A stretch of 64,000 nt of DNA, from NCBI GenBank assembly GCA_051362555.1, contig CM120643.1, positions 2,170,001 through 2,234,000 of the forward strand, written 5' to 3'. Positions 1 through 12,577 of the stretch are shown here, in pieces. Source of the stretch: Lingula anatina (lineage: Eukaryota; Animalia; Brachiopoda). The notes beneath the pieces are model-generated. The model searched no databases. It worked only from the letters and a program-made list of their open reading frames with translations, and was not told the origin of the DNA. Positions within the stretch are counted from its first letter, which is position 1. Each line of letters opens with the position of its first letter. The position numbers were made by a program, and so were the translations under genes.

Positions 1-500
1 GTGGTCATTTAGCACATTTCATTTCATGAGTATTACCTCTGTTATCGCAAATAACTCTTTGTTGTAGATACAGAAAGCAAATGTAGATGAAATGGAACAG
101 ATCACAGTCGTAATAAGCCATATGAGCAACCTGTTACTGGGTTAACCTATTTGTGGTCAGTGAGAAAATTTATCAGCAGCTACGTGCTGGTGTAATATAC
201 TGCTCTTATAGTGTATGATATATAATATCTGTGATGCAGGTATCAGTTTGCCATAAATTGACTGTCTTCTCGAGGTAAATTCTTCAAATATTTCACTCGA
301 TGTTCAGATAATTTTGATGAGATGTAATAAATCAAACTATTATCTTAGAAGAAATCACCAATAATCCTAGATTTTACAGAACTGCTGGACATCAGTATAA
401 AGCAACTTCCCCTGAATAATTTAGCAAGCTGGGTTTGTGGCCACTATTACACCATAATACATAAGAATGTCATAAATTGCGCTAGAACTATATAATGTCG
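1..500 (+). repeat. Dispersed repeat, diverged direct copy of ~7145-7560
   Basis: Shared blocks such as catttcatttcatga, gagatgtaataaatcaaa and ctagattttaca occur in both places. Confidence 0.6.
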
Positions 501-2492
501 CAAACAAATCATACATGTTTACCTTGTTTCCCTGTATTGTATGATGTAACGCGCAAATACATGCAAATAGTGAACGCGGGAAAACCTCACCATTAAAACC
601 CACCATTTAAACTCCTTACTAGTACATATACATGTAGAATGACGATAGATGGCAGTGTTGCAGTGTCCTCTGTCACCATACTGTCACTAGGAAGAATGAT
701 GTCAGGTTTACAGAACAGAGTGACCTGATACAGCCTCACAGAAACTGTCACTATTTGCCCATTGACTGTATTAATTCACTATTATAACCCACTCGTCATT
801 CACTGTGCCACGTGGGGTGCTGCCCCCCCTCTGCAACCCCCCTCCCCCCCATTTTTGTGCATGAATTATACTGGCACAGAAGATCAATGTCACGCACTTA
901 CATCCCAGCTTTTTTAAAATGAAATAAATAAAATTACTATCACTGATGAATCAGATGATTAATTGAAACAGTTGTGTTTGCGGAGTCTTAGTACGAGTTG
1001 TGGTATACGCGCGGTGGCTCTCACTGCGTTAGATAAATCGGAGAATAACACAATCTAATAATATCGCACCATGCACAAGCAGCAACATACACACGTAGCA
1101 ACAAATTACAATTTTTATTTCAAGTAAAAATCAACGATTATTTTGCATTTGTGCTGCCTGCCGGTGGCGACAGCTTTTGGTGGCCGTATGATTTGCAAGG
1201 GTGGATTCTCTCAAACTTTTTCCCGCTTTGCCCTGCCACTGCTGCTACTTCCTCCGGATCCCCCGGGGAATATACCGCAAGTGGCAACATTTTAACCCTC
1301 TGGACCCTCCCACTGTACCCCCCCCCCTCCCCTTGGTCCCCCTCTGGAGTCTGGACCCTCCCAATGTGTCGCCCCTTCCCCGTGGTTCTACTGTAAATAT
1401 ACTACAAGGGGCATCGTTTTAACCCTCCGGACCCTCCCACTGTGCGGCCCTACCTCTTGACCCCCAGGTTGCTCTACCACAACCGGTATTATTTTAATTA
1501 ACTCTTGCGACCCTTTCACCGACATATAAACTGAAAATTATACACTCATGCATTTTATCTGAAGACATTTATTTCTTTTATTCTGTCATATATGTCATTT
1601 TATCTTTTTAAAACCTTATTTCTGTTTTTACGATATCACTGACGGCGTCTCTATCTCTCGCCATTTTTTGCCCATTGTTTTCTCGAAAAGAGGGTGTACT
1701 GGCGATTATTATGTCACTTATTGTAACATTGCTATGTTTTTCTCTTTTCGGCGATTTCCTTTTCAAAAACAATATCAACAATTTCTACTTTTTTTGCAAC
1801 CTTTATTCAGAATGAAGCAAAGCTAAAAAATGGAAATGAATAAGGCCCCATACACACAATATTTGAATTTTAACCTCTATCAGTATGCCATATGTAATTA
1901 GTAATGAAAATATGACATTCCGTCAAAGTGAACGAAACAATTATTTAAATAGAAAACCCGATAAATATAGTGAACTGAATCATATTCTTAATCAAACACA
2001 CATAGAATTGTTTAGAAAAATATTGATTGAGTAATATAAGTGAAATTTCATTTTGCCTACCCCACAATCTATATTCTAAGGGAATACAATAATTAATAAT
2101 GTGACATGGAATTTGAAATACCTTCAAAAGAACAAATGTAATACTACACAACCGTAATAATATATTCAAGTATATATCCACAATGTATATGCCCATAAAA
2201 CCCTAATTTCTGTTAAAAATTCCACAAAAAAGAGGACAGATCACATTCAGTAAATCAAATCGATATATTCATAGCAAATATTATCTTAGTCATACAGATC
2301 CAAGACCCGAAATTTTTAATTAAGTAAGATTAGTAAAATTGCAGTTCGCGTTCCCCATTTTCATAACTCATTGTCCATATTCTTTTGGAATCCAGTCCGG
2401 TTTGGTGGCTTTGTTAACATTCAAGTTTTGATTGTCCTTGTACACATTTTGTTTGTCCTTGTTCATGCATGTTATTTCAACCTCGCCAATGT

Positions 2493-3629
2493 TCAAACCA
2501 ATAAAGGTCCCCAGGCTGGCGGAGGGCCGTCTAGTATAACAACGTCGTTGTCAGGGTCACCATTGAAGTCTCCCAAACATCCACGGACTCCCTGGCAGTC
2601 GGCGGCGAATATGTTATCCAGGTCTATAAAGATACTGTGTCTGTGGACCAGAACAGTCATAGGGACACTTGCGCATTCTATTCTGTACCCAGAATCAAAA
2701 ACTGTCACCGCGTTAAGGATATAGACACCAGGACCGATGATACTCCATTTGGCGCCATCCCATACCTCAAAGCAAATGGGAGAGAACTGATATGCATGTA
2801 GTAATACAAATGTTGTTTTAATGAATATGTGCAGTTAACAGAGGAATTTTTTATATGAGAGAGAGAGAGAGAGAAAGAGAGAAAGAGAAAGACGCCTTGT
2901 TATTAAAATTAAAGATTTGGTGAAAACAGAATACCTTTTTGAATGTACTGAGAATCAAGGAAAATGCCTCACCGATAAAATAACTGCATGTCCCATTGTG
3001 GCCCTAAAGTACACGCCTGCACACTTAATGTATCCCTCTTTTACTCGTGTGGTTGGAGCGCTTGGGTAATATTCATGAGACGCAAGCACAAACCACGAGG
3101 AACCCACCCAGGACAGGACCCCAACGCTTAGTTTATCAGGAGGCGAGTTGAATTTAAAACGCTTCTGGTCAAACGTCAAATAGCGGATGTCACCACTATC
3201 TCCACCACTTGAAAATAACACAAGAATATTAAGGTTATTCAGCACAGAATTTACAAAAATGGGTGTAAACAATTCAACACACCAGAATATTTTACTAGTA
3301 TATCGGTCTCCTTCCCATCTCCACATTTACGTGTAAAGATAAAAATATAGTGCAATAATCACACTCGCGTGGCATCCAAAAAACGCAACAAGCGCGCTAA
3401 ATAAATATAGCCTAAACGCACTTTACGTTTCAAGTCGGTAATCAAACTGCTATAAAGACTTTCAACTCCACTTACGAGCACATGGTCCAGGTGGCTTTGG
3501 AACCGTGCCTAAATGTGGCTGTAACCGTGCTTCAAGTTGTGCGGGAGTGAAGAATCCATCTACCATCGCAGGAGGTCCAACGAAGGCAAGCACAAAGACC
3601 AGGACTGTGGAAATCGGTTGTCGTTCCAT
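2493..3629 (-). CDS. Secreted single-VWD-domain-like protein, copy A (3 exons: 3629-3476, ~3200-2973, ~2765-2493)
   Basis: ATG 3629 gives signal-peptide-like MERQPISTVLVFVLAFVGPPAMVDG. Donor gtaagt follows 3476 (phase 1) and donor gtgagg follows 2973. Exon 2 has SGDIRYLTFDQ (VWD-type GD.HY.TFDG) and exon 3 has RGCLGDFNGDPDND (VWD-type GLCG.NG..ND). Both acceptors are uncertain: the best in-phase ones are GAG, and the ttcaag acceptor at 3208 is out of phase, so this copy may be decaying. Confidence 0.65.
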
Positions 3630-3673
3630 GGTGTCGGCAAGCAGCTATGACAACAGTTGCCTGTTCAGATGAC

Positions 3674-3760
3674 TTTATAGTCCTCAAGTTTATAGATTTT
3701 CAGTGAGGGGGGAATGGGAACTACCAATTGACGATTGCATGAATATTAATGGTGACGTCA
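3674..3760 (-). promoter_or_regulatory. Proximal promoter of VWD gene A: TATA, CCAAT, CRE
   Basis: TATAAA at 3679-3674 (minus), CCAAT at 3724-3728, TGACGTCA at 3753-3760 and kB-like GGGAACTACC at 3716-3725. Order and spacing are conserved with the paralogue promoter. Confidence 0.6.
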
Positions 3761-4893
3761 TTGGTTTTCCAATTTTTTAAATGTCTGGCTTACGTTTTCA
3801 TTGGTTTGTAGAAATCTGATAATAGTAGGGCAAATAAGCCTATGCAATCGCCCTTACTGTGTGGAACACCGAAAACGAGATGAATGAATCCTTTAAACAT
3901 GTTTCGTTTAACGATAAGAGACGTATAAATGTTAGTCAATATTGTTAAAGTAATAATTACTGAAATCCCATGTCTGTCATTTGGGGTTCATTGTTGAATC
4001 ATGATCATGCGTTATGAATTTTTCCTTAGGAGATATACATATTAAAGTACTAGAGTTTACGTAATTGATAAAATGTCAATATATCGCTATGTTAATGTAA
4101 TGATAAAATTGAAGACAGAGAATCAGATGCCTAAAAATGTTTATGGGGCTGTCAATTATTTGAGAGTGGAGTGAGTCTCAGATGTCACACTGACAGTATT
4201 TAATATAATAGATTGAGGGAAACAAAGACTTGGTTAATGGAAGTAGGCACATCGAAGGAATATCGCTTTTGTAATTTATATTTTATTCTCAATCATGCTT
4301 TTTTGTTTCCATTTCTGACCAATTCTATATTTGCTCAAGCTGTTTCATGGTGCTGTCTGAGCTACTGAAAGAAGTGCGTTTCGGGTATTTGTCCACCCCT
4401 CAGTCACTCCATTATGATTCACGTTAGGCAAAATCTACTTTCAAAGGCCATATTTTGTTTTCGTCAACGTATTCTGTTTTATCTGAAGATTTTAATTAGT
4501 GTTTGGGAGTTGAGGTAAAATATGATGGCAATAGGAAAGACGTCGCATATTTAATGAAGAGTTTGAGCCAGCTGACAGCGTCTATTTGCCGCAAAAGGCC
4601 AAAATAATTAAATGACTTTCCCCATGTTCTATCAGATTTCATATTTCAGATATCCTACGTGTCAAATAAAATGCTGTATTGATGGAAATCAGCATTTAAT
4701 TTAAATCCATTTACTGGTATCAGCATAGTGTTTTTTAAAGCAGTTATGATATTTTAGAAAAGAACGAGCCTATAAATACTCTGGAAATACTCCAGCAATT
4801 GTTTCTCTTACTTTTGTGGTGATCAAAACGTTTAATAACTGTGCGCTCTTAGAGCCGTCCTTGATTTTTGAGTTTTAAAAAAGACTGCTAAAA

Positions 4894-4896
<3 letters not shown>

Positions 4897-4953
<57 letters not shown>
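4897..4953. repeat. (AT)n microsatellite
   Basis: Direct reading. Confidence 0.95.
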
Positions 4954-4957
<4 letters not shown>

Positions 4958-7445
4958 TACCTCCAATATTAAAGGTGTTGATTGGGAAAAAATCAGTTTA
5001 TTTTTATAACATAACACGGCTTCTCTTACTATAGTGTCAATTTGTTTTTACCTAGCTTTGGGAGAGACCAGATTTGTCATCAGATAAAAGGGATCTTTGA
5101 GGCTTATGGTATTAAGTCAAATCAGTTATACATGATAATACAAAATTCAATTAGACTGCTATTCCAACTTGGGCTGCATTTTAGTCCTATGTTTCTTTTT
5201 GTCTTTATTCTTTATTTATTTATTTATTTTGGTAAGAGTGGGAATCATAAGATTAATGATCAGCAACGGTTTCAAAAATAGGGGCTTTTTTAACTTTTAT
5301 GCAATATTACATAATGCTTAACCATAAATAATAAACATCAATTGTTAATAATGAAATATAAGTCTAATGGGTTTTCAGAAAATGTGACTAGCAAAATTCT
5401 TCAAGCACATGAATATTCTAAGTCCCACCTTGAAAATGTCAATATGTGAAAAATATAATTTATTATGTACAATAAAAGGATTAGTTTGGGATGAGATTAT
5501 CACTGACAAGTTTTTCAGGGAGCTTGGCTCTTAAAACAAGCTCCAGATGTTTCTTCCTTAATTTCAGTCAGGATGTCTCCTCTGTGTTTTCACACTTAGA
5601 CTTAATTACTTTCAAGCGGCACTTGTGAGACAGAATTAGGGGATGCAACCTAATTGGACAGTGCCACTTTGCCTCTGTAAGACCAGCCAATCAGAGGCAT
5701 ATGAATTCAGTTACTCAGAAGAAAGTTAATGCTCTCCCTCACTTGGCACTGCCCAAAAAAAGATTTTTTAATTTTGATGCAATATAAAAATTAAATTTCA
5801 CAAAAAAATTGTATACATTTCAGAAAAAGTAACCAATCAGACTAGTTTTTAAGTGAAGCTGTATTTTAACCCTGTTTCTTTCCTGTATGTTTGAGAATAG
5901 TAAGAGACATGGTTTTCCTTAAACTGTCACTATTGAGGCAGTACCCAAAATATTTTCCTCAATTTTGATGCAATATTACATAATGTTTAACAGATAATCA
6001 CCACTAATATTTTTTTATGCACTGTAGGTAACATGGATATTTAGAAAATGTGACTAGCAAAGGTCTTCAGGCCCATGAAATTTCTAAGTCACACCTTGAA
6101 AATATCAGCATGTACACAAGAGATTACTAAAATGAGTTTATTTCCATTTTCAACACTTTTTTAAATGTGGCAAATAATCAATTTACTGTCATTTTTTGTG
6201 ATCTACTGAAAAATGTTGAAATAGGAAATATATAAACAGAAAAAAATTAAATGTCCAATTTGCTCCAATCTGAGATTCTGAAAATAGTGAGTAATCGAAG
6301 CTGACAAACTGCAATGATATGGGTTTATTTCCATTTTGACACTGCATTGCACAATTCACGATAACGTAAGTTTAATAAAGAGACTGTTAGCATGCCTAGT
6401 AATTGAATCTGAGGAAAACATTTATATACAAAATCTAAGTCAAAACTGAACCCATCAAGCTTAATTGCTTGACTGTTTATTAGTCCAATGAATCAGACCG
6501 ACAAAATTTAAGACAAAATGTTATCTCTTAAATGGTGGACATAATATTCTGAAAAAAGTGAAAAAACAGCATAACTCTTGTACAAAAAGGTTCAATCTGG
6601 CTGATTCTCAAACTCTATCTGTATTTTAGTACGATGGATCACTCCTTTGAGTTTAAAGACAATAGACCTCTAGGTTTTCCTGTAAACGTGTTATCAGTGT
6701 TACATAATCTTGAAAAAAAAAAAAAAAACAGCATAACATACATTTGAAAAAAATGACCAGATCATGCTGATTTTCGAACTGGATGTGTATTTTATGAATA
6801 TTCAGAGAAAAGTAAGTCAAATTACAGCAAATGGAATATCATGCTGCGTTTGTGGTAGATCATTGACAAATATACATAGATTGTCCTTTTCATTCATCAC
6901 TGACCTTATTTCAATGCCAATACGTTAATCTTAAATATGAGCCAGAAAAGCTGAATATCTTTGACATCTGGTTCATTGAAAACATGTAACAAGTTGACTG
7001 AAATGGCATTTTACGATATTTTTCTCCCACTTGATTCTCAAATGTTTTTTTTTTTTTTTCATTATCATCACTTAATCACAGTATCTATCTTTTATCATAG
7101 GTGTACACATATACCTTGTACGTGTATGCAGGTCACATAAAACTCGTCATTTAGTTCATTTCATTTCATGAATATTTCGTCTGATATCACAAAGAACTCT
7201 TTGCTGAGATATTCATATTGAGGAGTAATACCTGCATTGTAGAATAAAGCTATTATATTGTAATATAGATAATGCCTGTAAAGAGATATCATTGTGAGAG
7301 TTTTCACGTCTTAAATTCTTCAAAAGAAGATAATTTTGAGAGATGTAATAAATCAAAACATTTTCTTAAAAGGATTCTCCAATAAAACTAGATTTTACAA
7401 AACTGTTGAGCATCACCATGACTTATTTTTTAAGCTGACACCATC

Positions 7446-7493
<48 letters not shown>

Positions 7494-8483
7494 TCAGTAC
7501 TACATCATAACACGTAAGATTGTCATATATTGCGCTATAACTGTATAATTCCTCAAATAAACATCAGTTTCTTTAATACATTTTTTCTGTCATGAATATA
7601 CGCTTGTCCGTTTTCTATTTCATTTCCCCGGTTGAAGTATGCTTTGATAATTCTAGTTTTACATTTCTACTAGTATTTTATCTCTTGGTAATCCTGATGA
7701 TATCTGCCTTAATTATTTAGACGAGTCACTGCATCATATTGGACTACATATAACTATAAACTTAGTTGTTGTTTCAAGAACAAATGACCACTCCTCTGAA
7801 CGAGTTATTAAATTTTCAAATCCTCATTACCCTTCGTTTTTTTATACTGTTTGTTTTTACTTAAAAGTATTTCGTATCGGAGGACCCGAGAAGTGTGGCC
7901 ATTATAGTTATAAAAACGTTTACATGTAGTTTTTTGTAATTGCGTTCGTTCTGTCTGACGTCCGAGTCGCCTCAAGATCTCCCATGAATGCTGAACTTCT
8001 TGCTCAGTATTTTTACACGCGTCTCCGCCCGCTTTATCCCTATGTGACAAACTTTCATCTAAATGCTACATTGTTTTATCAATTATATTATACAGGGTTC
8101 TTAAACATTATTGTCCTAAATACCTTTGTGTAGAGAGACGATATTTAAAGGATCAGTAGCATGTGTCTTATTAAGCTATGTTGACTACAGTATGTACCTG
8201 TTACTGCGTGTCTACCAGCTTGGCTGTTTGTGGTGAGGAGAAATTTACCTGCGACAAGGTTCTGGGGTAGATGTAATACTGTAAGACAGTCTCTCTCTCG
8301 TCTTCTATCTGTGTCTATCGTTTTGGTGGTTAAGAGTCTTTGAGGCTTTTCCATTATTTTCCTTCTGGAAGATTGTGTGCTGGAAGAGCTCATGTCTAAC
8401 GTCTACCTAAACAATTAAAACAATTAAAACACCGTGATTTTTGATGGGTTGGTTTATGCCCATGGTAAACATAAAGGCCAATG

Positions 8484-8788
8484 GGAGTACCAGGTATAGC
8501 ATCAGATAGCCCATGTCCACGGTAGATATCTATAGGACATCTGGAGTACCAGATATAGCCTCAGATAATCCATGTCCACGGTAGATATCTATAGGACACC
8601 TGGAGTACCAGGTATAGCATCAGATAGCCCATGTCCACGGTAGATATCTATAGGACACCTGGAGTACCAGGTATAGCATCAGATAGCCCACGTCCACGGT
8701 AGATATCAATAGGACACCTGGAGTACCAGGTATAGCATAAGATAGCCCAAGTCCACGGTAGATTATGGTATCTATAGGACACCTGAAG
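8484..8788 (+). repeat. 59-bp tandem repeat array 1 (~5 units)
   Basis: Unit ggacacctggagtaccaggtatagcatcagatagcccatgtccacggtagatatctata. Confidence 0.95.
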
Positions 8789-8951
8789 TAGGTGTTGTTT
8801 TGATTCTAACAGCTGTTACCCAACCTTGGACAAGGTCTGTGGGAAGACGAAAGATTCGTTAATTATTCACTGCATTTCGCATGCGACGCCAGAAAGTAAT
8901 AAAGTAAGTCAGCAGCAAAGCTTCTTTTTGCCTGTATAGTTTGAACATTAA

Positions 8952-11900
8952 GTGTGTGTCCATGATAAGACCAGTCAGAGGGTGGCAAGGTGGGGGTCAA
9001 CAGATTTCAACCAAATTCATAATATTGATGCATATATAGGAGATATTAAGATTGAAGGCAACAATCCCAAAAGAAATCATTGGATATAATTATAATATGA
9101 TATTATATGTTTTGGCCATTTTTGGCTTGATTTTCAGCTTCGGTCAATAAAGCCACTTCATAAGCAAATAATTCAAAACTGATGACTTTTTAAAATTAAT
9201 TGAAAATTTACCTATTTAAACCAGCCATTTGCCATTGAGAATATGTTACTAAATTTCAGTTTAACCCACAAACTAACGAGCCACGCCCATTTTTATGACC
9301 CCACCCCCCAAACTCACTTTTCTACCAAGCAATGTTCAAACATTCATATCTCTCTTTTTGCAGGCTTGACAGCCATAAAATTTTATAGGGATCCTAAGCA
9401 TATATTGGTCTAATCATACAAAATTCAAAAATTGTGTTAAACACAACAGAAGACATTGAAAAAGTGCCTCAAACTTAAGCAATTTTAGCAGAAAACCAAA
9501 CGGCCGAAATCAAGATATCAGTACATTTTGAGATAATACCTTCCAATAATCAAATTTAATCAAAGACTCACAGCCAGGAATTCAAACTATGCTTTGATAA
9601 GGGCAAATCTATCCAATTTTTATAAATACAAAATGGCTGCCATCAAATCTGTCCCAAAATACAGTTACCCTAATTCCTCAAAATAATCAAGAGGCCCATT
9701 TTTGCAGGTTTTTTATTTTGAGATCTGTAATACAGGATTGCTCAAATAATATTGTTTTCAAACAAAGCCATACAACTTCTGAATAAATTTAAATTACTAG
9801 TGACAAGTTATCCCCCCCCCCCCCCAATTTAATAAGTTATTACTGTGCATATCCAGTGTTATCAGCATTGTGTATATACCTTATTTTCAGGGAGCAATAG
9901 AGAAAAAAAAATTACAAATGACTTTTCTAAAGGTAAAAGGGAATGACTGTCTCATTTTATCAGTTTTCTCAAGTGCAACACTAATTAATCCACTTGAAAT
10001 GATTTATATTGCATTTTTCTTTTTCCTTTCAAATGATTCATAGGCTTTGTAAATACATGTGATATCTTGATATCTATATTGTTTTTCTATAAAGAAAATT
10101 AAAACAGAGTCAGCAACATACAATGACAGGAGGAGTACTTTATTTTCATATCATCAATTGGACAGTAAAAGAACAAAGCAGTTACTTTTTACAGGAGTGA
10201 AATCAAGTTATGAATCTCCAAGGTTCCAATATCACGGTCATCTTTTCCATATACTGAACACAACAGTGATGGGTAGTGTTCAACAGATTTTAATCTTATA
10301 ACTGATTGATCCCCAAGTTTCTTCTTCTGGTTGAGAGATCCAGGGTCAACTACAGTAATGATAATTCAGCAATCTTAGAATAAGTGTGGTAACTTGAAGC
10401 AACATGCCACTATAGTTTAGTGTGACTGAACTGTCAATTGTCAATATTTGTCAATTCAATGGCGCCAATCCTCCTTTCCTACAAAACTGATTGAGATTGC
10501 CAAGCCTAAGATGCATATTTGTTATGGGGGATTGTCCCAAGGTGGCTCCAAGTCCAATAAAGGTTTGCCAGGACATCCACTGCTGCGTCTACCTGAAGAT
10601 GGCAGGACAGGCTGTCAAAAGAAAATGTATTAAACATATTTTAAACTCATGTTAATTGCTGTATAAGAACAATTACTAAATAATATTCTGATCAAACATA
10701 TTGCATAAGTGTAAAAAAGGAAATCAAATATGCATGATTGTAGCTACCAGAATTTCATGATAGAAAAAGAAACAAATGAAAAAAAGGTAAACCTTTTTTC
10801 TTCTACGTGGAAGTGTTCCAGGCATTACAAAGTTGGTGCTCACATCTGAATCTGATGAATTTGCCTGTGCAATTTCAGGTGACTTTTCTATTATTGTCTG
10901 TAAGATTGTCCAGGTCAAGGTTCACATCCAGGCCTAGGATGTAAAATCTGAAAAATAAACATAACATCAATAAATGTTTTACAACAACAGAGGCTTACTG
11001 TGTTCAGAATAGAAACTATCGTAACAGGATCAATCTATCTCAGCGGAGTATCACACTCGGGCTCAGTCGTTGTAATCAGCTTAATTGTCTGGCACGCCCC
11101 CTTGCAAAGCAACATGAACAACATAATGGACCGCAAAGTTTTCCTGATTTTACTAAAGTACCTTTAGTTACAAGTGTCCTGTGTAATATGTAAGTCTTGA
11201 AAATTGAAGCACAGGTGGTTAACTTCAACTTCATTGTAAACACACATGAATCTGCATAGTGAATATAAAACTAAAATATATAAAACTGGCACAAGTAACA
11301 TCCCCTAAAATGCCAAAACTTGAAACTGAATGTGTGTTACATACATACATGTTTACCATGAAACAGAAATCAAGTAAAACTCTGTGAATTGAAATATACC
11401 AGCTAGTATGTCTTTTAAATTTGCTTATATTCTTTATATTACTGAATAATATTCAAACTTATTATTTAAACTGGTTTGACTTTTTAGTGTATCTGATTCT
11501 AGTATATCTATGCCACCACTGATCACTTACCTTACAACAAACATCCAGAGCTAAATCGATGAGATGGATATATTGAGGAACCCAAGCCTGACAACAGTCT
11601 GAAGTGGTTCAACCAAAAAATGCACATTCTAAGGACGACCAGCTGCTATGGTCATTTCTTGTTATATTCTGGTGCACACCAATCATTCTGAGATGTACCT
11701 AAGCATCTCTAGTGTGTGTTCTTCATAAATTTAAGAAAGTATTATGTTTTAACACTGTGAAGACGATGTGCTTTGCTCTACAGTTGCTCCGGTGATAATC
11801 CTAGCCATGCCATGTTGAATATAGGTCACAGAGTTAGCATCGTTATTTTACATTTAGTTTCTACAACATAAACAAATTTAAAAAAATGTATTTTCGCTTC

Positions 11901-12573
11901 ATAAGTTCGTCTGCAGGGCAAACATATTAATTTTAAGGGCTTTTCACAAACCTATACATGGTTTTGACCCATTAATTTAGTTGAAGAAACAGTTTAGCAT
12001 TTAAGTAGTATAAAAATTTTCGTTTTTATGCCCTTTTTAAAATTGTTATAGTTCTTATTTTACAAGGTTTAACACAGATTTTATTTTACAAAATTTATTT
12101 TTCAACCCTTTTCTATCAGCACATACCAAAATTATATGGATACAACCTGCAAAAAAGAAGTTGTGTGCATTTAAAGAAGGGGAGGGGGTCAAGCATACGG
12201 AAAACATGCCTTATTAGAATCAACCTTGTGTGGTCATGACAGTGCCTTTTCAAAAAATCTGTACTGGGTATTAAAGGTCTTTCCTTAACCTATCATGTGG
12301 CTTACCTAAATAATTCCTTATGATGTACATGATTTTTTAAAAGAATATTTAAAATTATAACTTTTCAAGAGCTAAAATATGCTATATTTTGACAAAATTG
12401 CCAATAAAAGATCTGCCCCCATATCTCTAAAACTAATGATTCAAAATAAGAAAGCCAGTGGCTCACAATATCTTTTATGTTGATGATTTACCACACCAAA
12501 AATTATTAAAATCTGCTGACCCCCACCTTGCCGCCTTCTGACTGATCTGTCTGGCTTTCTCATGGACGCGCTC
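8952..12573. mobile_element. Non-autonomous DNA transposon with TTAA flanks and ~60-bp imperfect TIRs (Kolobok-like)
   Basis: TTAA at 8948-8951 and 12574-12577. The left end gtgtgtgtccatgataaga..cagtcagagggtggcaaggtgggggtcaacagat matches the reverse complement of the right end. An empty site is visible in the duplicated segment at ~15205-15230. The family call is an inference from the TSD and non-CCC termini. Confidence 0.75.
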
Positions 12574-12577
12574 TTAA

